NCBI GenBank assembly: GCA_003693705.1
Contig: RBZT01000094.1
Span: 1-51,668 of the forward strand
Direction of reading: 5' to 3'
Length of the DNA: 51,668 nt
DNA from: Polymyxa betae A26-41
Lineage: Eukaryota; Protista; Endomyxa: Phytomyxea
The first letter of the stretch is position 1, and the number at the start of each line of letters is the position of its first letter. Made by a program: the position numbers and the translations under genes. The notes under the pieces are model-generated. The model was not told where the DNA came from. It saw nothing but the letters and a program-made list of their open reading frames with translations, and did not search any database. Shown here piece after piece: positions 1-12,399 of this stretch.

Positions 1-1585
1 GCGTAAGCCAGAAGACGAAATTCGTCCAGGAGATGAGCTATGGAAAATACAGAAGACAACCATGCTCGAGCCCTCTGTGTTTAGTGACGACCCCCTGACA
101 ATATCTGCCATGGAAACCGACTAAAGTGGCACGAGCCTGAGCAAGATTGTAGAGACAGCCCAGACAGAAGACGAAGATACACAAAACCGCATTGCCAACC
201 TGAGAGAGCAGTATCATCTTCGCGACAGGCTGTTGTGCTACAAAGACAAGATCGTTGTCCCAACAACGTCGTGTCAGCTGCAGGTGGTGTCTCGACTCCA
301 TGATCGGCCTCTCGGAGGACACTCTGGGAGGCGGAAGACACTGCAACGAGTTCGGAGGCATTTCTGGTGGCCACGAATGGGGACGTTTATCAAGCAGTAT
401 GTCAGAAGCTGTGATCGCTGCCAACGCATCAAGCCACGACGCCATGCTCCGATGGGGCTTCTGAAGCCCATTCCGATTCCTACCGAACTGTGGCGGTCAA
501 TCTCGGTCGACTTCATCGTCAAAATCCCGGCTTCGAACGGATACAATTCAATTCTCGTGGTAGTCGATCGGGCCTCCAAGATGAGCCACTTCATACGCTT
601 GTACAGAAGGCCTGTCGTCGCCCGCGTGGGCGGAATTGATGATCCGTCATGTCTTTCGGCTTCATGGACTGCCCGATGAAATAATTTCGGATCGTGGACC
701 GCAGATGGTGGCGAAGTTCTGGAAACACATTCTGGAAAGATTGCGGATCCAACGAAAGCTATCCACAGCGAGGCATCCTCAAACGAATGGGGAAACGGAA
801 AGAATCAATCAGCTCCTAGAACAGTATTTGCGGGCGTTCGTCACTTTCCAGCAGGACGACCGGGAAGACTGGTTAGCTCTTGCCGAATTTCATTACAACG
901 ATACCGAGCACAGCGCTGAAAGATGACGCCTTTCTCCGCGAACTATGGGTTCCATCCAAGAAGCATTGAGGTGCCAGGCGAGGGGAAGACGTTCTCGATC
1001 CCCACTGCTGATGAAAAGGCTAATTACATGAAGAGGATTCGAGCTTTCCTGACGGAGCAGCTTCGAAAAGCATCCGAAAGAGCGAAGAAGTCGACTGACA
1101 GGAATCTAGAGCCGAACCCCAGCTACGCCGTCGGGGATTGGGTACTATTACGCTGTAGCGATTTATTGTGCCATCAGCCGCTTTCGAAGCTCGCCGACTA
1201 GTTCACTGGCCCGTTCCAGATCACCAACATTGTCAACGACGTAACCTACACTCTCAGACTCCCAGATCAATGGCGGATCCACAACACTTTCCACGTGTCG
1301 CAGCTCGAGCCATACCAACAAAACCAATTTCCGGATCGAGAAGAGCCATCACCTCCGTCGCCTCTCTGGATACCTGAGGAGTCGCCCGAGCCCTTCTACG
1401 CAGTCAAGGACGTCCTGGACTCCAGAATGCACCGTCGCCAACTGCAATACCTTGTCGATTGTGTAGGTTATCCACCGTCGGAGAGATCATGGGAACCGGC
1501 ACGAGAACTCGCAGACAATTCTCCTGCCCTGCGTCAAGCCATCACCAACTTCCATGCTCGATACCCACACAAACCCGGGCCTCTA
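1..1585 (+). mobile_element. Ty3/Gypsy (chromovirus) pol 3' end: integrase plus chromodomain, frameshifted
   Basis: ORFs 233-679, 636-926, 923-1201 and 1295-1657 join into the H2C2 finger (HD..GGHSG...CDRCQ), the rve core (SVDFI, ISDRGPQ, HPQTNGETER), GPF/HNTFHVS, and a chromodomain (YAVKDVLDSR..QYLV..VGYPPSERSWEP). Several frameshifts and a stop are present. Confidence 0.95.
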
Positions 1586-1600
1586 CTGAGAGCGGATTCT

Positions 1601-1715
1601 AAAGGAGGGGGTAATGTTACGAAGTGCAAAGTTCACGGACTTATTGATCCAACATAAACACGTCTTCCACGGCCAGATCGCCAGATCTCTTTCGTGAGTG
1701 TACCAATCACGTCCC
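1601..1715 (+). repeat. Polypurine tract and start of the chromovirus 3' LTR
   Basis: AAAGGAGGGGG at 1601-1611, then TAA and TGTTAC at 1615, the typical PPT-TG junction. The LTR 3' end was not identified; it appears cut by the next element. Confidence 0.75.
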
Positions 1716-4387
1716 TAGTCACTTGTCTTCTCGTCGTCAGCTCCTGCTAACCCTGCTCCCCTGATTCCATTGCTATAGCTACCTGTTTCTGTCTTTAACA
1801 CATCTGAGAAGTTGGCCACCGAAATATCATCAATATCGTTAACTTCAGCATGGCCAGACTGTTGATCAAAAAACTTTTCAGAGTGAGCAGAACTGTCATA
1901 TTCTAATGACTGTAATGGCACATTTAATCAGTTGGAAAACATTAATCTGATTGCAATCTTACTTTCATCAAACTCGCTGTTGTTTTGAAGGATTTCATTC
2001 ATTCCGCAATGCCATCTTCCGTTTGTGTTTAAGGAAGAGTTGTCGATATCAACTGTCGTCATTTAAAATGTCGTTCTCCATATGGGTTTGAAGCTGCATT
2101 CTGGGTCTCGATGATGTCGTCATTTACGATATCAACTAAGTGAAGCTGAACTGAATTTTACATACGCGGTGGAGTCTGCTTTCAATTTTACCTTCTGGTA
2201 CTATGGTTTCATCGTTTTGCTGATCTTTCATCCGAAGATGATCGATTTCATGTTTTCGGGCTGTAGTACGATATCTAATCTTGCCTTGACATTGATGTGA
2301 ACGGCACCAACAACGTTCATGATCACCGTCACGAATTCTTTTTCGTGTTTTGGGTGACATTAGAATACCAAGCGGTGCCTATCAATCGATGCACTAAACT
2401 GAGTACGCTGACGATCCAACACACAATATCCCAGCCAGAAATGGTTTATCAAAAACTCTAGTCATCTTGATTATTGCTTACGTTTACCATTTGCAAGTTC
2501 ATTCTCCAATAAGCGGATCACAGTCTTGCGAAGTTTCTGTCCTGTTGGAGTTTCGAAATCAAACTTGACTGACTCCACAGCCTGCTGCTGTTCAATGACA
2601 TCGTACTCTGAGGCCATCATTACGCCAAGGTTTTCAGGAAACTTCCAATCGTCTTCAGCTGATGCTTCCGGTGTCGTTTCCTCAACATCTTTTTTGGCTG
2701 TTCTTTGGCTATCATATCACCAATTTTCAGCTGAAGGTCTGGGAAAAATTGTTAGATTTCAATGAGAATCGGAAATACTCACAACGTACCGGCACGAACA
2801 ATATGAATGTCAGCGTCAGCTCCAGGCAGCTTATTCTTTATTTCGGCCAAGAAAATTTCTACATCAGCGCTGACAAGCGATCCGTCCATCCTGTTACCAA
2901 TTTAAACAGCTGGCTTCGAAACGATCCAAATATTTACAGATGTAACATGATTTGGTCTCGCCGAATCTGGAGCAGGGTTCTTCTTTCTGGCGTTAGCGAA
3001 TTTGGAGTCTTCATTCTGAACTTTTTCAAAATCTCGACATCGAGAAGCCCATCTTTGGGATGATCTCGCCATTGGGTCCTGGCCCAGTACGTATCACGTA
3101 ATTCCTTTTCGGTCGCTCGCTCTTGGCCTCTATAACGACTGCGTTCTTATAATCGTTTAGCTATATCTCTACCCATAATCCCAATTCTTACTTCGGCTGG
3201 ATATTTCTGCTTTTAAATCTGTGATAGCAGCGATGAAACGCAAACCCTGGCAAATTTGCTCCTGATTTCTGCTTTTAAATCTGTGATAGCTGCGATGAAA
3301 CGCAAACCCTGGCAAATTTGCTCCTGGTTTTGCCCATCTGTGGTGATCAAATGTGTATCTTTTTTTACCAACAAAGATGACACCCGAACTGCTCGATAAG
3401 ACAAGAGATCTATATTTTGACAATGTAAAGTGCAGCGGTGCTGATAGGTATCGTGGTCTTGTGAGAGCAATTGTACACGTGCGATGGGCTTTTCATTTTT
3501 AAAAAACCAAACAATGCTTCCTGGAGCTGCATAATGAATCGATCCGGGCGCTACCAGTTCTGGAGAAATAGTTGGAGAGTCTTGCATATTCGCTAATAGA
3601 TTATGCATTGATCTGCGTGAATGCGCCAATAATATGCAGAATATGAAACGGCTATTTATAGAAAATTACACAGATCATGACAGGAAATCATAATCTGAAG
3701 GCCAACTGTAGGTTGGAATTCAGCTATTGGTGGATATATCGACGCAGCACTAATATTCTATAAAATTGGAGAGAGCGGCCTCCTTCGGTGTCCGCGGCGC
3801 AAATAATGGTCTAGATTTGAGCCTTCGAGTTCGAGGTCGTGGTGGAGATGTCGACTACCATGGGATTGTAGGTGGCAGAGTTGTGCTGGCGATCATGGAA
3901 CCAGTAACGGACCCTCTGATATCGAAGAAACTTGAGATGTACGGATAAAATAAAGCCGGTTGCCTGAAATACTGGATGACCTCTCAAAAACCTCCGTCAG
4001 CACCTGCTTTTCGATTTTCTTCTGCCAGATTAATACTCAAGGATGCATGCAAATGAACGCAAATGGGCGATGAGAAGCGTGCTTCGGATGCTATTGAAAT
4101 CATGGGTTTTCCATACGCCCGTCCTTAGGGTGCTTAATACCTCTGGATACCTACGATAACATTAGGCTGACGTTGCATAGTAACATACTGGGTGTACGAC
4201 TCGAATAGGGCCGGTCTCCTGAAATAATGGATGACCCTCAATATTTACATGCTTATTGTGTCCCGGGTGAATTTTATGCTCCTTGTGTCATGACGGAACC
4301 TAAGCTTTTCAAGAGTTTTACTTGCTTACATCGGTTGGTAATTCTGCATGCTATTGTAACGACGCTCCTTTGTTTATCACGTGTAGG
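1715..4387 (-). mobile_element. CACTA-like element, truncated copy 1 (transposase N-terminus, accessory ORF1, start of divergent gene)
   Basis: Minus-strand peptides match 20.7-22 kb: AAPGS..ARVQLL (3213-3629), EDDWKFP (~2640-2660) and RCWC..H.C.GKIRY (2136-2360). Intron at 2739-2782 has a CTAAC branch site. Plus-strand 3930-3985 and 4125-4240 match minus-strand 20370-20480. Confidence 0.7.
3203..3326. repeat. 62-bp tandem duplication (2 copies, 1 mismatch)
   Basis: ATTTCTGCTTTTAAATCTGTGATAGC...GCTCCTG occurs at 3203 and 3265. The length is not a multiple of 3, so it frameshifts ORF1. Confidence 0.95.
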
Positions 4388-5353
4388 TAGGCCTCCTTAA
4401 ATACGGAAATCTATAAATAGAATCCGTATGTTCCGTTTTTCTCTCCTAGGAAATTCCGTATTTCGTAATATTTTTATTGAAAATTTTCTTTTGTTTTGAA
4501 AAAGAAAATATTTTTTTGCAAAAACTTCCGGCGCCAAGCTGGTGGATCGCAATTGCAGTTGTCATGAGAATTATCTAACCATGGCCGGGAGCGCGTTTCA
4601 AGCTAACAAGGGCGAAGGATCACACTTCAGCAGCAAAATATCGGCGGTACAAGAACAAGTTACTACTTTAAAGCGATTCGCGTTTGTCGAACGCAATCCG
4701 GAAGAAGCAGCCCAAGAGCCAAGTGAAGGCTTCGACGGTAAGAAGAACAGGCAGGTCAGTACGAGCTATTTGAACGGACTAACCAATGATCAAGGCGTCT
4801 TCAAAATCCGGGCGCTGGATGGCCTCGACCCGGATGGCTGAGAGGGGGTGGTCCGGGCTGTTGGACAAATTATTCTCTCACAATTGTTGGTCTCAGATCG
4901 ATCGACGCCTTACGCGATGATGTTAACAACACCGCCAGCGACCAAGACTAGCCTTGTCGTTCTAATCAGCTGATTGTCATTGAATCCGCGGGATATTGCA
5001 CAGACGAAAGCTTTGAGCCGCCATTCATTGAGGACCGAGTCTAGTTTGCGAGGCTTGGACGACTCCTGGCCTGAAGAACAAATTTCCCGAGCTGACTTTT
5101 TCCCAGTACTACGACGGTATAAAGCGACTTTTCTGTCAATAAGTGGGAAAAAGACATCCATAGATCAGCAATGACGCCGTTTTCATTGGAGGGCGTTTTA
5201 CATTGCCGATAGATTCGGTCATTGCTGAAGCAATTGCCTGGAAATAAAGCCTTTTCTAACAAAGATCCGTATGTTCCGTATTTGGATCTCAGCCGGTGCC
5301 GTATAATAGTAAAATACGGGATATAAGGAAAAATCCGTATTTAAGGAGGCCTG
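4388..5353 (+). mobile_element. Non-autonomous, internally deleted hAT-like DNA transposon
   Basis: TIRs AGGCCTCCTTAAATACGGA (4389-4407) and TCCGTATTTAAGGAGGCCT (5334-5352). Perfect 8-bp TSD CGTGTAGG at 4380-4387 and 5354-5361. Subterminal CCGTAT motifs. 5102-5212 encodes PSTTTV*SDFSVNKWEKD..R...FSLEGVLHC, a transposase C-terminus. Confidence 0.92.
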
Positions 5354-5543
5354 CGTGTAGGTTAGAAGACAACTTGCGTTTACATGCAAGAGTAGCTATC
5401 TCAAGCAAACTGCATTTGCTGGATCGCAAATTCGTGCAAAAGGCTTTGTGCAAAATTCAGCGCTTAACAAAGTGCAAATGAATGCATTCCCTTGCGTGAA
5501 TAGCTGCAACACCCTCAGTTGCATTATAACGCATATTCCTGGG

Positions 5544-7130
5544 TCAATAACTGCGTTCTACACTCTGCAATTTTTCACGGTCATTTTGCAGTAACGACGC
5601 CGAAAAAGGCAGGCTTACGGAGTTGCGGTGAGTAACTGCCTGGACCAGATTCCTCACTTCCGAGTTTGCTCCTGGCTCTGATCGACGACTCCGAGCAATA
5701 TCATGTCCGCATTGATAATCATCACGAACCCGCCACGATTTTCGCCACTGCAATCAGCGGAACTTGTATTCCAATATTGCCGAACAGCATAGTGCCGCGC
5801 GAATCGAAGAGAACGCCCCATCGATGGATTTCCATCCACCCGAAAATCATGCCCAGGTTCGGTACGTCGATAACATCCATCGCCACCACCAGCTGAACCT
5901 CACCTAGCTCTCAGGTCATTTCGGTGCCACAGAACGGGTACTGGCGTTTCCAGTCGAATGCCTCCAACGTCGTCGTCCACGCTGCCAAAACTGGCCCACA
6001 GCATTGCCTCTATAATCTCTCGCTGAGAACCAAAACATCAACCCCCGTGTCGATCAGATCTACAGAGTCTACTCCGTTGCAACGGACAACAATCGCCGCT
6101 TGTTTGACAACCGTCACACCTGGGTCAAATGGCGTTTTCGCGCCGTTGGGCTTCCGTTGTCTTCAGGCGACGGACGAAGCCGCCGCCCCTCTCTTCGCTT
6201 CCTTAGTCGCCGACGACCCAGTCTTGCTCTTTGTTTTAGCCTGCCGGTTCTGGAAGAGCGGACATTCTTCCTGAAGTGCTCCGCCCCGTGGTACTCCGAT
6301 TCGCTACATCGAACAGTTGCTCGCGCCTTGTCGCATGCCAAGTACGAGTGCTCGGACGAGCTGCATGTTCTGTTAGTGACATTCGTTTGAGTTGCCGTGA
6401 TCGCTTTAATCGCTGGTGTAGAGTTCTCGTGGGTCAGCAGCCGGTGGAGCAAGCTTCGTAACAAAGGCCAGTTTTCCAAGAGCTTGCGTTCGAGCGCTAT
6501 CTGTGTAAACCCGATCACGGTATCCAGCTGTTCGAAGGTTCTCTCATTCAGTGATCCTTTGAAATAACACGGACAAAGTCTGGTTAGTGGTCGCTGTCGC
6601 TTCCCTTGTCATCTCCCGCGCCAATGCTCGGTCGATTTTCGGTAAGAGCGAGCCGAACGGTTCGCTGTCGCCTTGTTTGATAAAGGCTGACGCTTCAGTC
6701 CAAGGAGTTGGCTCCAAATCTGCTGCCAGCCCTACGATTCAGTCTTTTACGTCGGCCGATAAACAATAGGGTGTCCACTGCGTCTTCTCCGGATATGTGT
6801 AACTTGCTAGCTCGACCATGCTGCGGAAATTCTCGTGTCTGACAAGGGACAGAATTGACACATACATATGATCTTCACTCCCCGCTATGAACATGAGGGC
6901 TTCCATAGCCATAGCAAGTCAAGCGTTGGCATTGGAGACCTGTGCAAATGGATCCGCCTTGCATGTGTCAAGCCGTACCGGTAGCGCTCGAGCAGCCTCG
7001 GTAAGGAGAGGGTCGTCCGCCATGATGACAGGCTTCCTTTCTTCTGGTGTATCTTGGTGGGGCTCTTCCGAACGATCAAACGCTGATTTCAGATTACCCG
7101 GGACCGCTTTGACGACAATGATACGATAAT
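5544..7130 (-). mobile_element. Degenerate LTR-retrotransposon gag-protease remnant (Gypsy-like)
   Basis: Minus strand: retropepsin motif DLIDTGVDVL (~6030-6060), a decayed zinc knuckle ending EECP (~6260-6320), and a gag-like KQGDSE motif (~6660-6685). Many stops. Confidence 0.55.
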
Positions 7131-7307
7131 TCGGGAGATAGAAATGTCGCCGGCTCTTTGGGTAGCAAGAGTGATTAGATCTGCCCGATTCGTGTGCACA
7201 TGCCGGTCATCTCTGTTCTCTGTTCCTGCCTTAACAGCAGAAAATCCTTTAGCGATTGAGTGCCTTAGCTGTAATTGTTATCGTGTGGCATTAAAGTAAT
7301 CCCGATA

Positions 7308-7440
7308 CTAGAAACGATTAAATGTTACGATTTTTCTAGGGAAACCTGTAGCTCGTTTCAGTAGGGCTCGTGGAAAATGTAGCAAGAAGCTGAAACGCGA
7401 GAAATGCAGTTTGTAGTGGTACGAAATTAATCGTTTCTAC
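7308..7440. mobile_element. ~133-bp MITE, Tc1/mariner type
   Basis: TAGAAACGATTAA (7309-7321) and TTAATCGTTTCTA (7427-7439) are inverted repeats, with an inner CGTTTCAG/CTGAAACG pair. TA flanks both sides (7306-7307, 7441-7442). Confidence 0.7.
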
Positions 7441-7771
7441 TATATTGAGAAGGAAGGTAAAGTACAGACGAAAACGAGATCTTGAATCACGTTGCCTGTA
7501 GGAATCAAACTTTCAAATACCGGTCCGTCGGGTTCGTTTCGCCAGAAACGTTCTGATGTGTTTGTGTATGTTTTATTAACTATAATCAAATGTGAAGTTG
7601 TTGGGAAATTTGGCGCACACTTATATTAAAAGCTCAAAAGCTTCCGGCCGCCCTTAAATTTTTTATCTACGGACTAACTCTCAAATGCCCTGTTTTGTCC
7701 AAATGACATCAAAATCACATTATTCGCTATCAGAGTTGTCTGAAACAATATTGAGCCCAATTATCTTCTCT

Positions 7772-9405
7772 TCATGACATGATATTGCGCAACCATTCTC
7801 TTCTTATCTTCCAGTGATGGATTAAGGGGCATCTCTGAAGACGATGACCAGGAAAATTGCATTTTGAGCAAGCAATCTCCGTACGAGATTTCTTCAATTC
7901 CTTCGATCTATTTGTAGGTGAGCGGGAGCGCTCCAATTTTACAGCCTCTAGTTCCCAAAGCAAATCGGAATTCTTGAACAAATAAATGCCTGCTCATCGT
8001 TCCAGCACCATTTATACGAAATGCAGTTCAGACTCATCCCTACGAGCATCTCTACCGCAGAGCTGGAAACGCTACTCTATATTAGAGACGTCAGCAATGT
8101 CGGCGAATCGTATGTTAGGTTGTAAAAAGATACGTCACGGACTTGGAGAAGTGCGCAAGATAATCCGAGCGCGAGGCCTACTAACATATCTTTGCTCAAA
8201 AAAATAAAATGACATAAAAAGATACGTTCGTATGATTTTGGAAAGACACGTTTGAGCGCGGCCATATCCAGCCTAGGAAAAAATCAGCGCTCTCCTTCCC
8301 CTCAGATTCTGGTCTTTTCACGTAAAAGCTTGTCTTTCAGCGTTCCCCTCAGTTTCGCGACTTTATTGATTAAACATTATTTCGAGATTAATTGCATAGA
8401 TATCGAATCATATATGTCTATTCGACGATTTGAAGGCGCCTGCAGCCATCAAGAGGGTCTGGGCTGTTGGTGATAGTGTGAAAGCGGACCAAACGCTGGA
8501 ATATCATGTTGGAAATGCACCGGTGAGCGCTGTAAGGGCTGCGCTGTCAGTATCAGGCGACTTGGAGCAGCCCGACGTTCATGACAAGGAAGGGCGGTCC
8601 GACCTGAGTTGCGAGGGTGAACAAAGGAGACCTGGCCAGCACAGAGAGGGTGGCAAGATCCTTAGTAGGTGAGAAGTCCGCCGCGGAGTTCTGCCACTAT
8701 ATGAATGTCCCCTTGTATGCCTTACCTATATAATTCGCATTTCATAATAATACAATTTATTCTGTTTTTGGTTGTCTTACCTCAGGATCAATATTCGTAG
8801 TTCATGTCAGAAGACAAGTCGTCTTCAGACTTTCAACATATCAACGCTGTCAAATTCAGGGTGCCGTTCATTTGGAAAGTTCTCTGGATTAAGTAACGCC
8901 GACAAGAGTAACTGGTCCTCAGAAGTTCGGTATAGGCAATCTTTGATTCCAACCAAAGTTAGGGAATTGTTAAGCTTTGTGCGGATTGCTGTTTTTTCAT
9001 TTGGGATGCGTTTTCGGCCAAGGCCTGTAAAATACGCGCCAACAATCTTGCATACTGGGTCGCGGTTCCACAGGCAGTACTGGAATCAGAGACAACAAGT
9101 TCAAGATCATCAGTTGCACAGCTGCATTGACATTTGAATTTCCGTCTGATGTTGAAACTGCGATCACAAATCTTGCAGGGTTCCAGATGCCCTTGTAAGC
9201 TGCAACTGTAAAGACGTCAAAATTGTTATGATTTTTGCTTTAAACTTACACGAAAAACAATGATTTAGATGGCGGGCGGGCTATCAAAAGTCGCGTACTT
9301 AAAAAATGCGTGGGAGACGTATTTCATGACGCAAAATCGAAATGGTTCGCTCCGCATGTCGCGACACAAAATTGCTCAGACCAAGATACGGTCTGAGCAA
9401 ACTCC
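7772..9405 (-). pseudogene. MULE (Mutator-like) transposase remnant, interrupted by a solo LTR
   Basis: AALKRVFPKSYERIFLCHF resembles the MULE A..VFP...C.H motif. C-terminal knuckle CSKCNFPGHRLQRC. An 11-bp hairpin TTGCTCAGACC/GGTCTGAGCAA at 9372-9400 lies near the presumed 5' end. Confidence 0.6.
8507..8838 (+). mobile_element. Solo LTR, family A, copy 1
   Basis: TGTTGG...TTCAACA termini, 5-bp TSD TATCA (8502-8506 and 8839-8843). Homologous to 11389-11715 in reverse orientation. Confidence 0.93.
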
Positions 9406-9599
9406 TTGGTTGGCGCAATTTTGTTTCATCGTATTTCCGTTGATATGTATTTCAGTTGCTTTAGAGCAAGGGCACCGGGCGCAATTATCATTATCATCAC
9501 ATATTAAATTTTATAATATAAATTTAAGGATTTGTGCGAGGTTGTCCACCGCATCACAGAATTTTAAAGCTGGATCAATCAAGACGGTGGTTTTCCTAT

Positions 9600-10258
9600 C
9601 TGGGAAATGAAAGCAGCAACGACAGCGACAGCCACGATGACCTACTGCTGCTTATGCTTGATGAGTCCGGCAGTGAAGAAACCCTCGATGAAGAAATCTG
9701 CTATCAATCTGGTCGGAAAGATCGTAAAAGGGAGCTATAATCTTCGCTTGACAAGTAATTCTTGACACCAGGGTGTTTGCCCTTTCTCACGAGCCGCGAC
9801 ATCGACGACATCGGTCGGCTGCATACAATGCTACCAATCAAACCGACTATCAGATTTGATACTCAGTTTAAAGATTCATTAAAAGGAATGCGTGGGACAC
9901 CTTTTGATGGTTCCCTGTGGAAGACGAAATCATTAAATTTATCATTACTTTTAATGATAGTGATAAAGTTAATTGCGTGCGGTGCACATGCTCTTACATT
10001 ATAATCTATAAATCTGGTGCTGAGCCCAAACATCTCCCTTGCTTGCCCTAACTCAAATAAAAACAAGGCCAGGGCCATCTCTGCCGCGCTTTGAAACGTT
10101 GATTCATCACTTATAAGTAAGTGGTGAGACGTGCCTGCATCAACACCAAATGAATGCAGGGCCAGCTCTGCTCGAGCCGTTCGTGACTCGTATCTATAAC
10201 TAAGGGTGCTTAGAACGTGAGGCAAATGCGCGTTTCTGGAGCGCACCCGGCGACGCAT
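9600..10258. pseudogene. Two convergent Harbinger/PIF-like transposase N-terminal fragments
   Basis: Plus strand: acidic LLLL segment then FLTSRDIDDIGRLHTML. Minus strand (9863-10258): EMALALFLFELG..REMFGLS, resembling the EQLAIFL..L...FG.S helix-turn-helix region. Weak motif-level match only. Confidence 0.35.
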
Positions 10259-10287
10259 TTCAGATCACAAAACCAGGAAACCACCAA

Positions 10288-12250
10288 TCATGACGCGAAA
10301 GGAGTAAATACGCGATTCCTGGAAGCCCCCCAATCGTTTCCTTTTTCGTAATATGGACAAGAGCAACAAAAGGGGGTCGGCAAATGTGGCAGATTTTGTG
10401 TACGACACACGTTCGTCGATTTCACTTCCTTGTTTCTTTTCTTCATTGTCTGACGAAAAACAATCGAGTCCTGGACAAACGCCGTCATAGTATATTTCAA
10501 ATCCAATATAACGTGATCAGTCCCCTCGGACGAGACACTGCGATTCAGGATTTTTCTAAGAAAAGGGATATTTTCTAAGAGAAAGGGATGTTTTGAAGAA
10601 GGGGATTTCTCCAGTTTGGTCAATTCGCATTCTCAAATCGGACTTGATTCTTGTTTGTTCATTGACGCTACTTCCTGCTACAGGACTTAATCGATTTTGG
10701 TTCCTAAAAATTCTCTAATCAGATGAGGATTTGAGCAAAAATTATGTATCTTTAGAAATAACTCCAGTAATCCTGCTCAATTGACATTAAAGTCTGGATA
10801 CGTTTGTGCATGAGGCGATTTCTTTTACTAGTCTGGTAGATACTTTTCTGTGATGAAACTTTCCGCATGGGCATTCGAGTTGAATTGTAAGATCCCGATA
10901 ACAAACTGCCATTTACCAGCTAACAACATTAATTCGTTCGCTACCCATCGTATCACCTATTTTCGAGCGTAGAATACGAAGCACCAGCGTTTGAAGACGG
11001 ATTGACAATTTTTTCCGATCAATCCAGAAACGACCAAGAATCTGATAAAATATAGGCTGATTTATTCATAATTTACCTTTGAAAACCCTTTGACTTTCTG
11101 CGGGGCCTGTTTAGACTGAGAAGTTGGCGTTCTGTACCAGCAAAAAAGTTAGCTGTATTCTCTCTGCACGCGATTCGGTTGAAAAACAAACTGCTCTCAG
11201 GGACCAAAGCAGAGTTCCGCTGTGTGTTCGAATGCTCGACGAATCTTCAAACTGTCAACTCAGTACATGACATTGTTCCATACTAGGTATCGCTCTGAAA
11301 TCAGAGTAGGGGCGGGCAAAACATCTGTTCCCGTATTCGGAAGAATGTCAAAATTGACTTCCGAGAGCAAACCCCACTTGCCTCCATATGTTGAAAGTCT
11401 GAAGAGGACTTGTCTTCTGACCTGAACTACGAACCATGAGGTTTGTCAAACAAAATCATAATGAGCGGTATTACTATGAAATTTGGATTTTTACGTTAAA
11501 CCATACCAGGCGACTTTCATATAGTATTAAAACTCTGCGGCGGACTTTTCACGTTCCAGTGAGCTTGCCAACCTCCGCAGTGTCGGCTCGGTCTCCCTTG
11601 ATCGCCCTCTCAACTCCGGTAGGCTGGCCCTTCCTTGTCATAAAAGCCTGGCTGGTCGCAGTCTCCATGTACTGACTGCGCAGCCCTTAGAGAGCTCTCC
11701 GGTGTATTTCCAACACCATAAACATTCGCTTCATCCATTCTTCGCTTATGAACGCGTTCAAGTTCTGCAAATTGCTTGAGTTGGAATTTGTGCTGGACAG
11801 CTACTCTTCGTTTGCTGTAAATCAACGTAGAGCATACTGGCAATTTCTTCGCGAATTTACAAGAAACTGTTCGCCGTCAATGCGATTCATTACTGTTGCC
11901 AGCGATGCCAAGACACTAGCACAAGATGCAGAAAGTTACGTCGACGCTGAACTCTGGTCCGCTGCCACGTCTCAACACAAAAAATGTTTTGTCGTGGCTC
12001 CAGGAACAACGCAAGCGATTACGCCTTGCCAATGCTTCTCATAAGAAATCAAACCGAACTCAGCGGCAGTGACCGTAATATAAACGGATAACAACAGTTT
12101 TCTGTCAAACGTGCAAAATCAGTTTTTGCGCAACCTTGGGCCATGGTCAGCACAAGACCTGTTGAAAGCTTGTACACACCGCAGCCTACTGTGTAGCCGT
12201 CAAACGCCAACTCTTTTCAGGATCATTGGTCGAAGATGCCGACCGAACCG
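10288..12250 (-). pseudogene. Highly decayed MULE-like transposase remnant, interrupted by a solo LTR
   Basis: Minus-strand VIACVVPGATTKHFLC* (~11975-12025) resembles A+..VFP....LC.WH; SWIM-like CSCPYY near 10350. Confidence 0.35.
11389..11715 (-). mobile_element. Solo LTR, family A, copy 2
   Basis: TGTTG...CAACA termini, 5-bp TSD CCATA (11384-11388 and 11716-11720). Reverse-complement homolog of 8507-8838. Confidence 0.93.
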
Positions 12251-12399
12251 ACAAAGTTAGAAAACTCCATTGTGTTATTATCACCAGTATGGATTTCCCA
12301 TTCAGCGCCACGCTGCAAAGTGTCTTGGAATAAATGCCTTTATTATCCGAATACTACGATTAAACGAGAGCCGCAGGTCGCCAGCCGAAACGTTTCATG

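Noticed and set aside
38-594. Minus-strand ORFs overlapping the integrase, and similar antisense ORFs at 28858, 45399 and 48729
   Set aside because: They are shadow ORFs of recognisable plus-strand TE genes.
4038-5495. Outer TIR pair CAAGGATGCATGC / GAATGCATTCCCTTG enclosing the hAT element
   Set aside because: The match is short and imperfect, there is no TSD, and the region is better explained as CACTA-associated sequence.
8507-11715. A single full-length retrotransposon bounded by the two family A LTRs
   Set aside because: The LTRs are inverted and each has its own TSD.
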